Positions 48,974 to 59,090 of a stretch of DNA of 64,000 nucleotides are shown piece after piece. Under the pieces are notes generated by a model. The model was not told where the DNA came from. It was given only the letters and a program-made list of their open reading frames with translations, and ran no database searches. A program made the position numbers and the translations under genes. Every line of letters starts with the position of its first letter. Within the stretch, counting starts at the first letter, position 1. Origin of the DNA: an uncultured Chloroflexia bacterium (GTDB taxonomy: Bacteria; Chloroflexota; Limnocylindria; Limnocylindrales; CSP1-4). Location of the stretch: contig CAWBFV010000008.1 of the NCBI GenBank assembly GCA_963788235.1, positions 512,062-576,061 of the forward strand, given 5' to 3'.

Positions 48974-49975
48974 TCACTTGGCCGGCGTGAGCCACACCGG
49001 ATAGTCGCGGATCGCCTGCGGCGAACCGTCCTTGGCGGAGCCGTAGTAGACGCGGAGCGTCCCCCACTGCGCCTTCGGGACGTCGTACTGCACCGTGACA
49101 TCGAACGTGCCACGCGGCTCGCACCCGGCACCGCAATTCGTCATCGCGTGCTGGTCGACGAGCACCTTGCCCGACGCGTCGAGGATCGCGATCCGGAAGG
49201 TCGCCTCGAAGAGATCGCCGTTGCCGGTGACCCTGGCCGGGTTGCCCGCCGCGGCCCCGAAGGCCGGTCGATCGACGAAGATCTCCGGGAGCTGGTCGCG
49301 GAAGTCCTTGCGGGCTTGCGGGCCCTCGAGCACGATGCCCTCGGGTCCGAACGTCGTGACGGTCTGGCCCTCGACCTGGAACAGGACCGAGCGGACCGTC
49401 GAGAACTGGGTCAGCGTGTAGACCACCTGGCCGAGTCGGTAGAAGGACGATGCGCTGCCACCACCCGATGCGAATTCGCGCGACAGGTCGACGGTGGCGA
49501 CGCCGTTCTTGATCGAGATCCCGAGCAGCTTGGTGCCCGACGGGATGGCGGTCGAGATCTGCGCGTACTGATCGCGGATCGGGTCGACGGCCAGGAGCGC
49601 CTCCATGGCGGCGCGGGCGACGCCCGTCGTCTTCGGCACGACCCGGAGTGTCGGCACGAGCCCCGCGACACCGACCTTGCCACCGAGGACGTAGTAGGCG
49701 CGGATGACCATGGTCTCGGTCGGGGTCGATGGGCTGGGCGAAGTCGAGGGGCCACCCGATGGGCCACCCGACGGGCTGGTGGACGGTGTCGGCGACGGGC
49801 TGCTGGACGGGGCCGGCGTCTCGTCCGGAGGGCCGGCATCGATCGACGGGGCGGCCGTCGGTGGGGTGGTCGGGACCTGGCCGAGCCCGCCGGACGGCGA
49901 GCACGCGGCGGTAACGAGGACGAGGCTCGCAAGGGCGAGCGTCGAGAGGACGGACCGGTGACCGATGGTCTGCAT
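48974..49975 (-). CDS. GerMN-domain lipoprotein (LpqB-like position downstream of the two-component system)
   Basis: Lipobox LVTAAC, Pro/Ser linker, GerMN-like segment (VARAAMEALL...VATVDLSREF) and a second beta-rich domain. Confidence 0.65.
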   Translation of the reverse strand: MQTIGHRSVLSTLALASLVLVTAACSPSGGLGQVPTTPPTAAPSIDAGPPDETPAPSSSPSPTPSTSPSGGPSGGPSTSPSPSTPTETMVIRAYYVLGGKVGVAGLVPTLRVVPKTTGVARAAMEALLAVDPIRDQYAQISTAIPSGTKLLGISIKNGVATVDLSREFASGGGSASSFYRLGQVVYTLTQFSTVRSVLFQVEGQTVTTFGPEGIVLEGPQARKDFRDQLPEIFVDRPAFGAAAGNPARVTGNGDLFEATFRIAILDASGKVLVDQHAMTNCGAGCEPRGTFDVTVQYDVPKAQWGTLRVYYGSAKDGSPQAIRDYPVWLTPAK

Positions 49976-50027
49976 CGCGTGGGCTCCTGGACGAAAGACG
50001 GCTGATGAGGGCCTCAGCCTCGATCCG

Positions 50028-51462
50028 TTAGGTCGCCGTCACATCGCCGCCACGTAACGATCTAGCAACATCGCGCGGCAGCACGAGCTCGAGCCGAAGC
50101 CCGCCGCCGTCCCGGTTCATCGCCTGGAGATAGCCGCCCATGAGCGCGGCGTGCTCGGCGGCGATCGCCAGTCCGAGACCGCTGCTGCCACCCGAGCGCG
50201 ACGGATCGACCTTGGTGAAGCGGTCGAAGATCATCTCGAGCCGGTCCGGTGGCACGCCCGGCCCGCGGTCCGAGACGGCGATCACGATGTCCTCCTCGCG
50301 CGGCTCGACCACGATCTCGACGTCGGCATCGGCGGCGTGCTCCTTGGCGTTGTCGAGGAAGTTCGCGAGGATGCGCTCGAGACGGCGCGGGTCGGCGTCG
50401 ACGACGATCGGGCTGGCCGGCGGCGTGAACCGTGCCGCTGGGGAGCGTGCCACTCGAATCGTCTCGACCAGTCGGCCGAGATCGACGGGCTCGAGGGCGA
50501 CCTGCTCGGCATCGGCATCGAAGCGCGACAGCTCCATCAGCTCCTCGACCAGCGTGCGCAGCCGCCCGACGTCGGTGACCACCATCTCCGCGGCGCGCCG
50601 GCTCGCCACGGGCAGCCGCTCGAGGTGCTCGCCGACGATCGACGCCTCGGCGACCAGCGCGGTCAGTGGCGTCCGTAGCTCGTGCGACACGTCGGCCACG
50701 AACCGGCGGTTCTGGTGCTGGGCGCGCTCGAGTCGGCGGATGGTCTCGGACAGCCGGTCGACCATCCGGTTGAACCGGTCGGCCCACGTCCCGAACTCGT
50801 CGTGCGACGTGACCGGCACGCGAGCGAGCAGGTCGCCGCGCTCGATTCGCTCGGCGGTCCGGCCGGCCTCCTCGATCGGTGCCAGGATCCCGCGGGCCAG
50901 GATCCGCGCCGTGAGCAGTGCGAGCGCGATCAGCACGAGCGACCCGATCAGCATGGCGATCCGGAGCTGGTCGATCGCGTCGTCGATCGCGGTCACGTCG
51001 CGCACGAAGTAGAACGCCGGGCCACCACCCGGGGCCAACCCGCCCACGACCAGGCGCGGCGTGCCCGCGACGTCGAGCCAGGCGTAGGCGAGCTCGCCTC
51101 GTCCGACGCGCGCCGGGACGTCGGCTGGCAATCGCGCAAGCAGCCCGTCGAGCGCGTCGTTGGACTGGACCGTCGAGTCGTTCCCCAGGTCGACGAGCGT
51201 CTCGACGCCCCGCTGCCGGAACGTGTCGATCAGCCCGCTCCGCACGATGTCGTCCTGCGTCGGTCGGGCCGGCAGCCTGCCGGCCGGGCACGATCACGGT
51301 CAGGTCGAACTTCGCCTGGTCGGAGGCGTCGGTCAGCGTCTGGGCGTGGAGGCGCGCGTCGACGAAGACGGATGCCCCGACCCCGAGCACGGCCGCCGTG
51401 ACCGCCACGAGCAGGACCAGGGCCCCGACGAGTCGGGCCCGGACGCCTCGCGGCCAGCGCAT
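50028..51462 (-). pseudogene. Sensor histidine kinase (MtrB-like; HAMP-HisKA-HATPase), reading frame broken near 51280
   Basis: N-terminal TM and ...FDLTVIVP in one frame. AGRLPARPTQDDIVRSGLIDTF...HAMP...SHELRTPL...GGSSGLGLAI in the next frame. Confidence 0.85.
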
Positions 51463-51482
51463 CCCTGCCTCGCCTCCGCCCG

Positions 51483-52172
51483 CTACCGCGCGGCCTTGTA
51501 GCCGGCGCCGCGGACCGTGAGGATCAGCTCCGGGGCAGCCGGGTCCGCCTCGATCTTGGAGCGCAACCGCCCGACCGCGACGTCGACCAGTCGCGAGTCG
51601 CCCAAGTAGTCGTAGCCCCAGATCCGGTCGAGCAGGGTGTCCCTGGCCAACACCTGGCCTGGGTGTCGGGCGAGGTCGACGAGCAGGTCGAACTCGGTGC
51701 GCGTCAACGGGATCTCCTCGCCGGTCCCGTCGCGGTGCACGCTCCGCCCGGCGAGGTCGATGACCAGCGGACCAAGGCGGAGGGTCGTGCGGTCCTCATC
51801 CTCTGGGCGACCGACGCGTCGAAGCGCGGCGCGGACGCGGGCGACGAGCTCGGGCACCTCGAACGGCTTGCGCACGTAGTCGTCGGCACCGGCCTCGAGA
51901 CCGACCACGACGTCGATGGTGTCGGCTCGCGCGGTGAGCATCACGATCGGCACCGTCGAAGTCTTGCGGATCGCCCGGGCAACCTCGAGGCCGTCGATCC
52001 GCGGCAGCATCACGTCGAGCAGCACGAGATCGAAGGGCGCGGCCGCGAACCGGTCGAGCGCGGCACGGCCGTCATCCGCGGTCTCGACCGTGAAGCCCGC
52101 GTTCTGCAGGCCGATCGCGGTCACTTCGCGGATCGACGGGTCATCCTCGACGAGCAGGATCCTGGCGTCCAC
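51483..52172 (-). CDS. OmpR-family response regulator (MtrA-like)
   Basis: ILLVEDD...DLVLLDVMLP receiver domain and C-terminal winged helix (LTRTEFDLL...TVRGAGYK). Confidence 0.9.
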   Translation of the reverse strand: MDARILLVEDDPSIREVTAIGLQNAGFTVETADDGRAALDRFAAAPFDLVLLDVMLPRIDGLEVARAIRKTSTVPIVMLTARADTIDVVVGLEAGADDYVRKPFEVPELVARVRAALRRVGRPEDEDRTTLRLGPLVIDLAGRSVHRDGTGEEIPLTRTEFDLLVDLARHPGQVLARDTLLDRIWGYDYLGDSRLVDVAVGRLRSKIEADPAAPELILTVRGAGYKAAR

Positions 52173-52207
52173 GCCGGGGAGTATGCCCGACGCTCGGGGC
52201 GGTCCCG

Positions 52208-53407
52208 TCAGGTCGGCCGGCGTTCCGTGCGGATGGGGAGGGTCGCCAATGCCGCCGCCAGGAAGGCGACGGCCATCAAGCCGAACACGACCGGGACGCC
52301 GACCGGCTCACCGAGCTGCTCGATCACGACCCCATACAGCGCGGTCCACAGCGACCCGACCCCGAACGCCAGCGTGAAGTACAGCGCGTAAGACGCGTCA
52401 CGGGTCGCCGGCGGCGCGATGTCGGCGAGCAGCGCTTGGAGCTGGGGCGACTCCGCGAACGAGAACAGCCCCATGATCACGATGCCGACCCACAGCCAGA
52501 GCAGCGACGAGCCGGCGAGGACGAACACGCCGAACCCGAGCGCGCCGCCCAGGTACGCCGCGATGATCAGCGGCTTGCGACCGAATCGGTCGGACAACCA
52601 GCCCGCGAGCAACGGCATCGGCACGCTGAACACGATCAGGGCGCCGTACATCAGGCCGGACAGCTGATCGTCGAGTCCGATGACGCGGGTGAGGTAGATC
52701 AGCGCGAAGAGGTTGACGACCCCGAGCCCGCGGCCGCCGCCGCCGAGGACCGACGTGAGGAACACCCACCGCAGGTCGCGATCGGCGAGCACGTGGCGGA
52801 GCGCATCGAGGCTGCTCCCACCGGCGCGGGCAGCAGCCCGGTCCGTGCCGTGTTCGCGGACCATCGCCAGGATCCCGAGAGCGATCAGGACCGCGGCCAC
52901 GCCGAACACGATCGACACCCCGCGCCAGCCGATCAGCGCGAGGAGCGGCGTGCCGACGACCGCCACGACGACGGTGCCCACGTTGCCGCCCGCGATGTGG
53001 GCACTGATCGCGAACCCGCGCCGTTCGGGCGGGAACTGCTCCGCGAGCAGGCCGTTGCCGACCGGGTGCTGTGGCGAACCGCCGACGCGCGCGACGATGT
53101 TCGGGATCGAGAACGTCACGAAGTTCACGGCGAGGGCCATCGCCGCGAACCCGCCACCGAACAGCAGGCCCCCGAACCCAAGCAACCGCCGGCGCGAGAT
53201 GTGCCGCGTGAGCTCGGCGTAGCTGAGCTGGACGAGCCCCGACACCAGTGACCCGGCGGCGGCCAGGAAGGCGACCGACTGCACGGTCACGCCGAACTCG
53301 TCGATGATCGCGAGGAAGATCGGCGGCAGCAGCACCGCGAAGCTGTGATTGACCGCGTGCGCGACGGACAGCAGGCCGAGCGATCGCATCGGCCGGATGT
53401 CCTTCAC
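52208..53407 (-). CDS. MFS transporter (12 TM)
   Basis: Hydrophobic 399-aa ORF with the MFS loop motif GWLSDRFGRKP. Confidence 0.8.
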   Translation of the reverse strand: MKDIRPMRSLGLLSVAHAVNHSFAVLLPPIFLAIIDEFGVTVQSVAFLAAAGSLVSGLVQLSYAELTRHISRRRLLGFGGLLFGGGFAAMALAVNFVTFSIPNIVARVGGSPQHPVGNGLLAEQFPPERRGFAISAHIAGGNVGTVVVAVVGTPLLALIGWRGVSIVFGVAAVLIALGILAMVREHGTDRAAARAGGSSLDALRHVLADRDLRWVFLTSVLGGGGRGLGVVNLFALIYLTRVIGLDDQLSGLMYGALIVFSVPMPLLAGWLSDRFGRKPLIIAAYLGGALGFGVFVLAGSSLLWLWVGIVIMGLFSFAESPQLQALLADIAPPATRDASYALYFTLAFGVGSLWTALYGVVIEQLGEPVGVPVVFGLMAVAFLAAALATLPIRTERRPT

Positions 53408-53457
53408 GCGACCAATGGTGCCCGAAGCAGCCTCGTCGACTTCGGCTCGTTTCCGGT

Positions 53458-54189
53458 TCAGGCCCTGGTTGCGCGCCGACCCCTCGAGCGATCCCGCCGT
53501 CGGAAATCGATGTATGGGATGAGAGGCCGGAGTCGCTCGATCCGTTCGTCGGTCCAGATCATCCCAAGCTCATCGGGCATCGGGACGCGGGATCGGCCGA
53601 GTGCCATCAGCCAGTCATCACCGCGCAGCGAAAAGGCGCGGGCGACGGGAGCGCCCGTTTCGGTGAGTCGGCGTCGATTTTCGCCGCCGGCGGTGACGAC
53701 AACGACGCCGCCAACGCGCCATCCGTCATCTCGACTGGCTCGCTCTGTCGCAAGCCGCGCAGTCAGTCCCTCGATCGCCGCGTCGACGTCACCGAGGACA
53801 TCCCAAGCGCGAACGATCGCCACCTCCCGGCGTTCGGCTCGTTCCAGGATCGATTCGGTCAGCGCGGGGTCATCCGGCGACGAGATCGTCCAAATGGTCC
53901 AGGCGCCGCGGCTGGCGAGATCGGCGACCAGTCGGTGGCACCGCATCTGGAGCGCGTCTGACCGGGTACGGCTTGGGGTGCGAACGACGTCTGCCAAGTC
54001 CAGGCCGACAGCCGCAGCGATGCGCTCCCACGTGAAGAGCGGGACGGAACCCCCGCGGCCCAGCTCGACCCTGCTGATCGTCGACTGCGAAACACCGACC
54101 TCCGCGGCGACCTCTCGTTGCGTGCGCCCGGCCGCGAACCGCGCGCGACGGATCCGTGCACCGAGCCGAGCCGCGAGCGCCGATCGCAT
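53458..54189 (-). CDS. XRE-family HTH regulator with uncharacterised C-terminal domain (paralog of 22371..23135)
   Basis: HTH segment RTQREVAAEVGVSQSTISRVELG. C-terminal domain with ESILERAERREVAIVRAWD, the same architecture as the first copy. Confidence 0.7.
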   Translation of the reverse strand: MRSALAARLGARIRRARFAAGRTQREVAAEVGVSQSTISRVELGRGGSVPLFTWERIAAAVGLDLADVVRTPSRTRSDALQMRCHRLVADLASRGAWTIWTISSPDDPALTESILERAERREVAIVRAWDVLGDVDAAIEGLTARLATERASRDDGWRVGGVVVVTAGGENRRRLTETGAPVARAFSLRGDDWLMALGRSRVPMPDELGMIWTDERIERLRPLIPYIDFRRRDRSRGRRATRA

Positions 54190-54193
54190 GGCG

Positions 54194-54209
54194 ACACTCT
54201 GAAGAGTGT
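54194..54209. promoter_or_regulatory. Perfect palindrome ACACTCT-GA-AGAGTGT immediately upstream of the XRE regulator start
   Basis: It begins 5 nt upstream of ATG 54189 on the minus strand. Candidate autoregulatory operator. Confidence 0.35.
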
Positions 54210-54516
54210 TACTTCACCGGGGCTCAATCAGGCGTCCGAAAGGCCGTCCTGGGGACGGCACCCCGCATCCCCCGCTCGCCCATCCAGGGGCGCGTCCTCG
54301 CAACTGCCGTAGGCCAACATGCTTTGGGTGACTCAGCCCGCGCACGAGGGCGGACCGGCCGGACGGTCGCTCGCGCTGGCCGTGCTCGACCGCAACCGCC
54401 GGGTGCATGTGGGAGCTACGGCACCGGGCAGGGCGCGCGCCTGCGCTGCGCGCCTGAGACGCGAGCCGTAGGCAGCGAGCCGTGGCTCGCCGCCCCCAAG
54501 AGACGCGACGCGAGTC

Positions 54517-55897
54517 CTAGAACTCGTCGAGGTAGCGATCGACCTCCCAGTCCGAGACCTGGGTGCGGTACTCGTCCCACTCGGCGCGCTTCGCGTCGAG
54601 ATAGTGGTTGAAGATGTGGTCGCCGAGCGCGTCGCGGATGACGTCGTCGCGCTCCAGCTCGTCGAGCGCCTCGCCGAGGGTCCCGGGCAGCTCCCGGATC
54701 CCCTTCTCGGCGATCCGTGTCGCGTCCATCTCGAACAGCGACTCCTCGACGGGCTCGGCCAGCGACATGCCCTTCTCGACGCCATCGAGACCCGCCGCGA
54801 TCATCGCGGCGAACGCGAGGTAGGTGTTCGAGGAGGGGTCAGGGCAGCGGACCTCGGCGCGCGTCCCCTCGATCGACTTGCCGGGGGACACCATCGGCAC
54901 CCGGATGAGCGCCGATCGGTTCGTGCGGCCCCACGTCAGGTATGTGGGAGCTTCGTAGCCGGGCACGAGACGCTTGTACGAGTTCACGAGCGGCGCGAGC
55001 ACCGCGATCATGCCGCGCGCATGGGCGAGGATGCCGGCCATGTACGACCGCGCCACGTCGGACAGGCCGTACGGGTTGGCGGCGTCCGCGAAGGCGTTGC
55101 GCTGGTCGGCGATCGACCACAGCGACTGGTGCGTGTGCATGCCGGAGCCGTTGATGCCGTGGATCGGCTTGGGCATGAACGTGGCGTACAGCCCGTGCTG
55201 CTGGGCGATCGCCTTGAGCGCGAACTTGAAGGTGATCGCGTTGTCGGCGGTGCGCAGCGCATCCGAATACTCGAAGTCGATCTCGTGCTGGCCGATCGCG
55301 ACCTCGTGGTGCGCCGCCTCGACCTTGATGCCGAACGCCTCGAGCGCATCGACCATGTCCTGGCGGATCTCCTGCGCGAGGTCGGTCGAGAAGTCGAAGT
55401 AGCCGGCCTGGTCGTGCGGCAGCGGCTCGATCGCGCCGTCGTCACCGCGCCGGAAGAGGAAGAACTCGAGCTCCGGGCCGGTGTTGACGACGTAGCCGAG
55501 CTTGCGCGCGCGCTCGACCTGGCGGCGCAGGACGCCGCGTGGATCGCCGACGAACGGTTCGCCGTTCGGGGTGAACACGTCGCAGATCACCCGAGCCGTG
55601 CCGCGCGGTCCGGAGCCCGGCTGCCAGGGGATCTCGCAGAACGTGTCCATGTCCGGCATGAGGTACTGGTCGGACTCGGCGATCCGCGTGAACCCCTCGA
55701 TCGATGAGCCGTCGAACCACGTCCCGTGCTGGACGGAGCCCTCGAGCTGGTGGATCGGGATCGTGACGGCCTTGACGTGGCCGATGATGTCGGTGAACTG
55801 CAGCTGGATGAAGCGGATCCCGGCGGACCGGGCGGCTTCGATCTTCGCCTTGGGATCGTTCTTGGCGCTCGAATTCGGGCCTGGTGGCGACGGTCAA
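54517..55897 (-). pseudogene. Glutamine synthetase type I, second copy (GlnA2-like), frame break close to the 5' end (~55870)
   Basis: The catalytic body is intact (GPELEFFLF, NGSGMHTHQSLW, NSYKRLVPGYEAP). The beta-grasp N-terminus (AKNDPKAKIEAARSAGIRFIQLQFTDIIGHVKAV...) has no in-frame start. TTG 55897, with GGAGG 6 nt upstream, is in the adjacent frame. Confidence 0.8.
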
Positions 55898-55930
55898 CGG
55901 GGCCTCCTGCGGGACTGGGGACGGGCTGGT

Positions 55931-55974
55931 CGAACGGGAAACAAGGATACGCCCGGCCGCTCGCGCGGCCGGGC
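55931..55974 (-). terminator. Rho-independent-type terminator after glnA
   Basis: 10-bp GC stem GCCCGGCCGC-(GCGA loop on the minus strand)-GCGGCCGGGC, followed on the minus strand by GTATCCTTGTTTCCCGTT. Confidence 0.55.
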
Positions 55975-56001
55975 ATTCCCCCGATGTGATGGGTACGGGA
56001 C

Positions 56002-57459
56002 CTACATCTCGCTGTAGAGGTAGAACTCGTACGGGTGCGGCCGGAGCTGGACTTCCTTGGCGCCGGCTCGCTTGAAATCGAGCCAGCCCTCGACGACGTC
56101 CTTCGTGAAGACATCGCCGCGATACAGGAACTCCTGGTCGGCCTCGAGCGCGTCGAGCGCCTCCTCGAGCGAGCCCGGGGTCCCGTCGATACCGGCCTTC
56201 TCCTCGGCGCTCATCTCGTAGATGTCGCGATCGATCGGGGCCGGCGGCTCGATCTTGTTGATGACGCCGTCGAGACCGGCGAGCAGCTGGGCGCTGAACG
56301 ACAGGTAGGGGTTGCAGGTCGGGTCGGGCGAGCGGAACTCGAGGCGTCGCGCGCCCGGGGTCGTGAAGTACGTCGGGATGCGGATGCACGCCGAGCGGTT
56401 GCGCTGCGAGTACACGAGGTTGATCGGCGCCTCGTACCCCGGCACGAGCCGGCGATACGAGTTGGTCGTCGGGGCGGCGAAGCCGAGGACCGCCTTCGCG
56501 TGCTTGAGCAGGCCACCGATGTACCAGCGCGCCGTGTCCGACAACAGCGCGTAGCCCTTCTCGTCATAGAAGAGGTTCGTGCCGTCCTTCCAGAGGCTCT
56601 GGTGGGTATGCATGCCCGAGCCGTTGTCGCCGTAGAGCGGCTTCGGCATGAACGTCGCGACCTTGCCGGCGGAGCGGGCGACCTGCTTCACGAGGTACTT
56701 GTAGCGAAGGACCTTGTCGGCGGTCTCGACGAGCGTCCCGTAGCGGATGTCGATCTCGGCCTGACCCGGGCCACCGACCTCGTGGTGCTGGACCTCGACG
56801 TCGATGCCCGACGCCTGGAGCGCGAGGACCATCCTGCTGCGCAGGTCCTGCAGGGTGTCCATCGGCGGGACCGGGAAGTAGCCCTCCTTCGGCCGTGGCC
56901 GGTGGGCGAGGTTCGCCGTCCCGTTGCGCGACGAGTTCCAGACGCCTTCGTCCGAGTCGATCTCGTACATCGACTTGTGACCGGCGGTCTCGAAGCGCAG
57001 CGAGTCGAAGATGTAGAACTCGAGCTCGGGACCCCAGAACGACGTGGTCGCGATGCCGCTCTCGGTGAGGTAGCGCTCGGCCTTGCGGGCGACGTAGCGC
57101 GGGTCGCGGCTGTACGGCTCGCGGCTGCCCGGCTCGACGACGTCGCAGGTCAGGATCATCGTCGTGACCTCGAGGGTCGGGTCGACGTACGCGGTGCTCG
57201 GGTCGGGCATGAGCAGCATGTCCGACTCGTGGATGTGCTGGAAGCCGCGGATGCTCGACCCGTCGAACCCGATCCCGTCGATGAAGAGGTCCTCACCGAG
57301 CTCCTTGACCGGGATGCTGAAGTGCTGCGACTGGCCGGGCAGGTCGACGAAGCGCAGGTCGACGATCAGGACGCCGGCCTCGCGGGCAAGGGACATGACA
57401 TCGGCGACGGTCGTGGTCGGCGTGGTGACGCCGCTCGGGATCCGCTCGAGGGTGGTCAT
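56002..57459 (-). CDS. glnA: Glutamine synthetase type I
   Basis: DLRFVDLPG, FDGSSIRGF, GPELEFYIF, DNGSGMHTHQSLW, NSYRRLVPGYEAP, and DIYEMSAEE around the adenylylation-type Tyr. ATG 57459 is preceded by GGAGGAA. Confidence 0.9.
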   Translation of the reverse strand: MTTLERIPSGVTTPTTTVADVMSLAREAGVLIVDLRFVDLPGQSQHFSIPVKELGEDLFIDGIGFDGSSIRGFQHIHESDMLLMPDPSTAYVDPTLEVTTMILTCDVVEPGSREPYSRDPRYVARKAERYLTESGIATTSFWGPELEFYIFDSLRFETAGHKSMYEIDSDEGVWNSSRNGTANLAHRPRPKEGYFPVPPMDTLQDLRSRMVLALQASGIDVEVQHHEVGGPGQAEIDIRYGTLVETADKVLRYKYLVKQVARSAGKVATFMPKPLYGDNGSGMHTHQSLWKDGTNLFYDEKGYALLSDTARWYIGGLLKHAKAVLGFAAPTTNSYRRLVPGYEAPINLVYSQRNRSACIRIPTYFTTPGARRLEFRSPDPTCNPYLSFSAQLLAGLDGVINKIEPPAPIDRDIYEMSAEEKAGIDGTPGSLEEALDALEADQEFLYRGDVFTKDVVEGWLDFKRAGAKEVQLRPHPYEFYLYSEM

Positions 57460-57535
57460 TGCGATCGCGTTCCTCCGTCCGACTTGTGCATCCCGCACCA
57501 AACAGGCGGGTCGTGCACCTCGGGAGGCAACGCTA

Positions 57536-59083
57536 TCAGGAGACCCGGTTGCGGTTCAGTACCGGCGTCGGTTGAGACTCTTGTGCATTTTGCATGACTC
57601 GTACGGCCAGAAGGAGCGCGACCCGCAGCTCCGGGTCCGCGAGGTCCCAGTCGGCACGCTCCTCGAGCCGCTGCACCCGGTAGGCGACCGTGTTGCGGTG
57701 GACGCCGAGGCGAGCGGCGGCCTCCGCGAGGCTGGGCGCCGCCAGGACCGCCGCGAGCGTGTCCAGCCGTTCGCGTTGGACCTCGGCACGCCCGACGAGG
57801 ATCGGCGCGAGCAGCTCCTTCGCCTGGCGGACGCCGTCGGGCAGGTTCCGGACGTTGCCGAGCAGCTGGTACGCGGCGAGGCGTGTCGCTCGAACGACCC
57901 GTGGCGGGTTCGGCAAGAGGTCCGAGGCTTCCAGCGTCGCGCGCGCCGCCGCCTCCGCCGCAGGCCGGGCACCAGGCTCCGTGAACGGCCGCGACACCGC
58001 GACGGTCCGATCGAGGAAGACCGCGAGACGATCCGCGGTGGCGAGACCGGCCGGGTCGTCGGCCGGTGCCGCAGCGACGAGCCGCAGCTCGAGGCTCTCC
58101 GAGCTGCCGCGCAGCAGCAGGCGACGTGGCGACATCAGCAGCCGCAGCTCCGCGCGCGTCTCCTCGCGCGCCGCGATGTCGTCGGGATGATCGGCGGCGC
58201 GCCCGTCGACCGAGCCCTGCGCCGCGACCAGCACCACCCACGGCGGTCCGTCCGCCGGCAGCGGGTCGCCGCGACGGGTCTCTTCCCGGGCCCGGCGCAC
58301 GGCGTCGTCCCGTGCCAGCTCCAGGGCGAGCAGCGCGGCCACCCGCTCGGCGGCGATCCGCTCGAGCTCGTTGGGCGGCTCGTCGCCGAGCAGGATCAGC
58401 CGTCCACCCGGACCGGTCTCGCCGGCGGGCGCCGGGATGTCGATCCGCAGCGCGCCGGCTCCCGCGGGGCGGGCGAGGTAGCGGGACACGGCCGCGGCAG
58501 CCGCCGGCTGGTCGGCGGGCGCATGGACGGCGATCGGATCGCCGCGACGGCCCTCGATGACGACCGCGCGCCCCAGGAACGCGCCGATCGTCGCCGCCTG
58601 GACGTCGAGCCCGCGACCGAGCAGCGCGAACCGGGCCAGCTGCGTCTCGAGGTCGGCCGCTCGTCGATCGAGCTCTGCCCGGCGGTTGACGAGGAACCCG
58701 ATGACGCTGCGTTCGACGGCGACCGGGTCGGCCCGCCCAAGGTGCAGCGCGGTCAGCCCGGCCGTGGTGACCGCGGCGCCAAGGGCATCGAGCGACTCGC
58801 TGCCCGCGTCGCCGTCGACGAGCAGCACGGCCGGCACGCGCGCGCGGGCCAGCGCCACGGCCAGCTCATCGATCTGTGCCGGACCCGGCGCGACCACCGC
58901 GAGCGCGGGACCGGGGATGATCGCGAGATCGCCCGTATCGAGTGCCTCGAACGCCGGCACGCGCGGTTTGAGGACACGGACCCAGCCGACCTCGCGGGCG
59001 GCACGTTCCGGCGACAGCTCGGCGGTGCCGATGGGTCGAGCCGTGGGGAACAGCGCGCGGTGGAGATCGTGGAGCGTCGTCAC
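57536..59083 (-). CDS. PucR/CdaR-family transcriptional regulator
   Basis: C-terminal PucR HTH (LAEAAARLGVHRNTVAYRVQRLEE) and N-terminal PurC-like regulatory domain. GTG 59083 chosen; the start is uncertain. Confidence 0.75.
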   Translation of the reverse strand: MTTLHDLHRALFPTARPIGTAELSPERAAREVGWVRVLKPRVPAFEALDTGDLAIIPGPALAVVAPGPAQIDELAVALARARVPAVLLVDGDAGSESLDALGAAVTTAGLTALHLGRADPVAVERSVIGFLVNRRAELDRRAADLETQLARFALLGRGLDVQAATIGAFLGRAVVIEGRRGDPIAVHAPADQPAAAAAVSRYLARPAGAGALRIDIPAPAGETGPGGRLILLGDEPPNELERIAAERVAALLALELARDDAVRRAREETRRGDPLPADGPPWVVLVAAQGSVDGRAADHPDDIAAREETRAELRLLMSPRRLLLRGSSESLELRLVAAAPADDPAGLATADRLAVFLDRTVAVSRPFTEPGARPAAEAAARATLEASDLLPNPPRVVRATRLAAYQLLGNVRNLPDGVRQAKELLAPILVGRAEVQRERLDTLAAVLAAPSLAEAAARLGVHRNTVAYRVQRLEERADWDLADPELRVALLLAVRVMQNAQESQPTPVLNRNRVS

Positions 59084-59090
59084 GCGGCGA

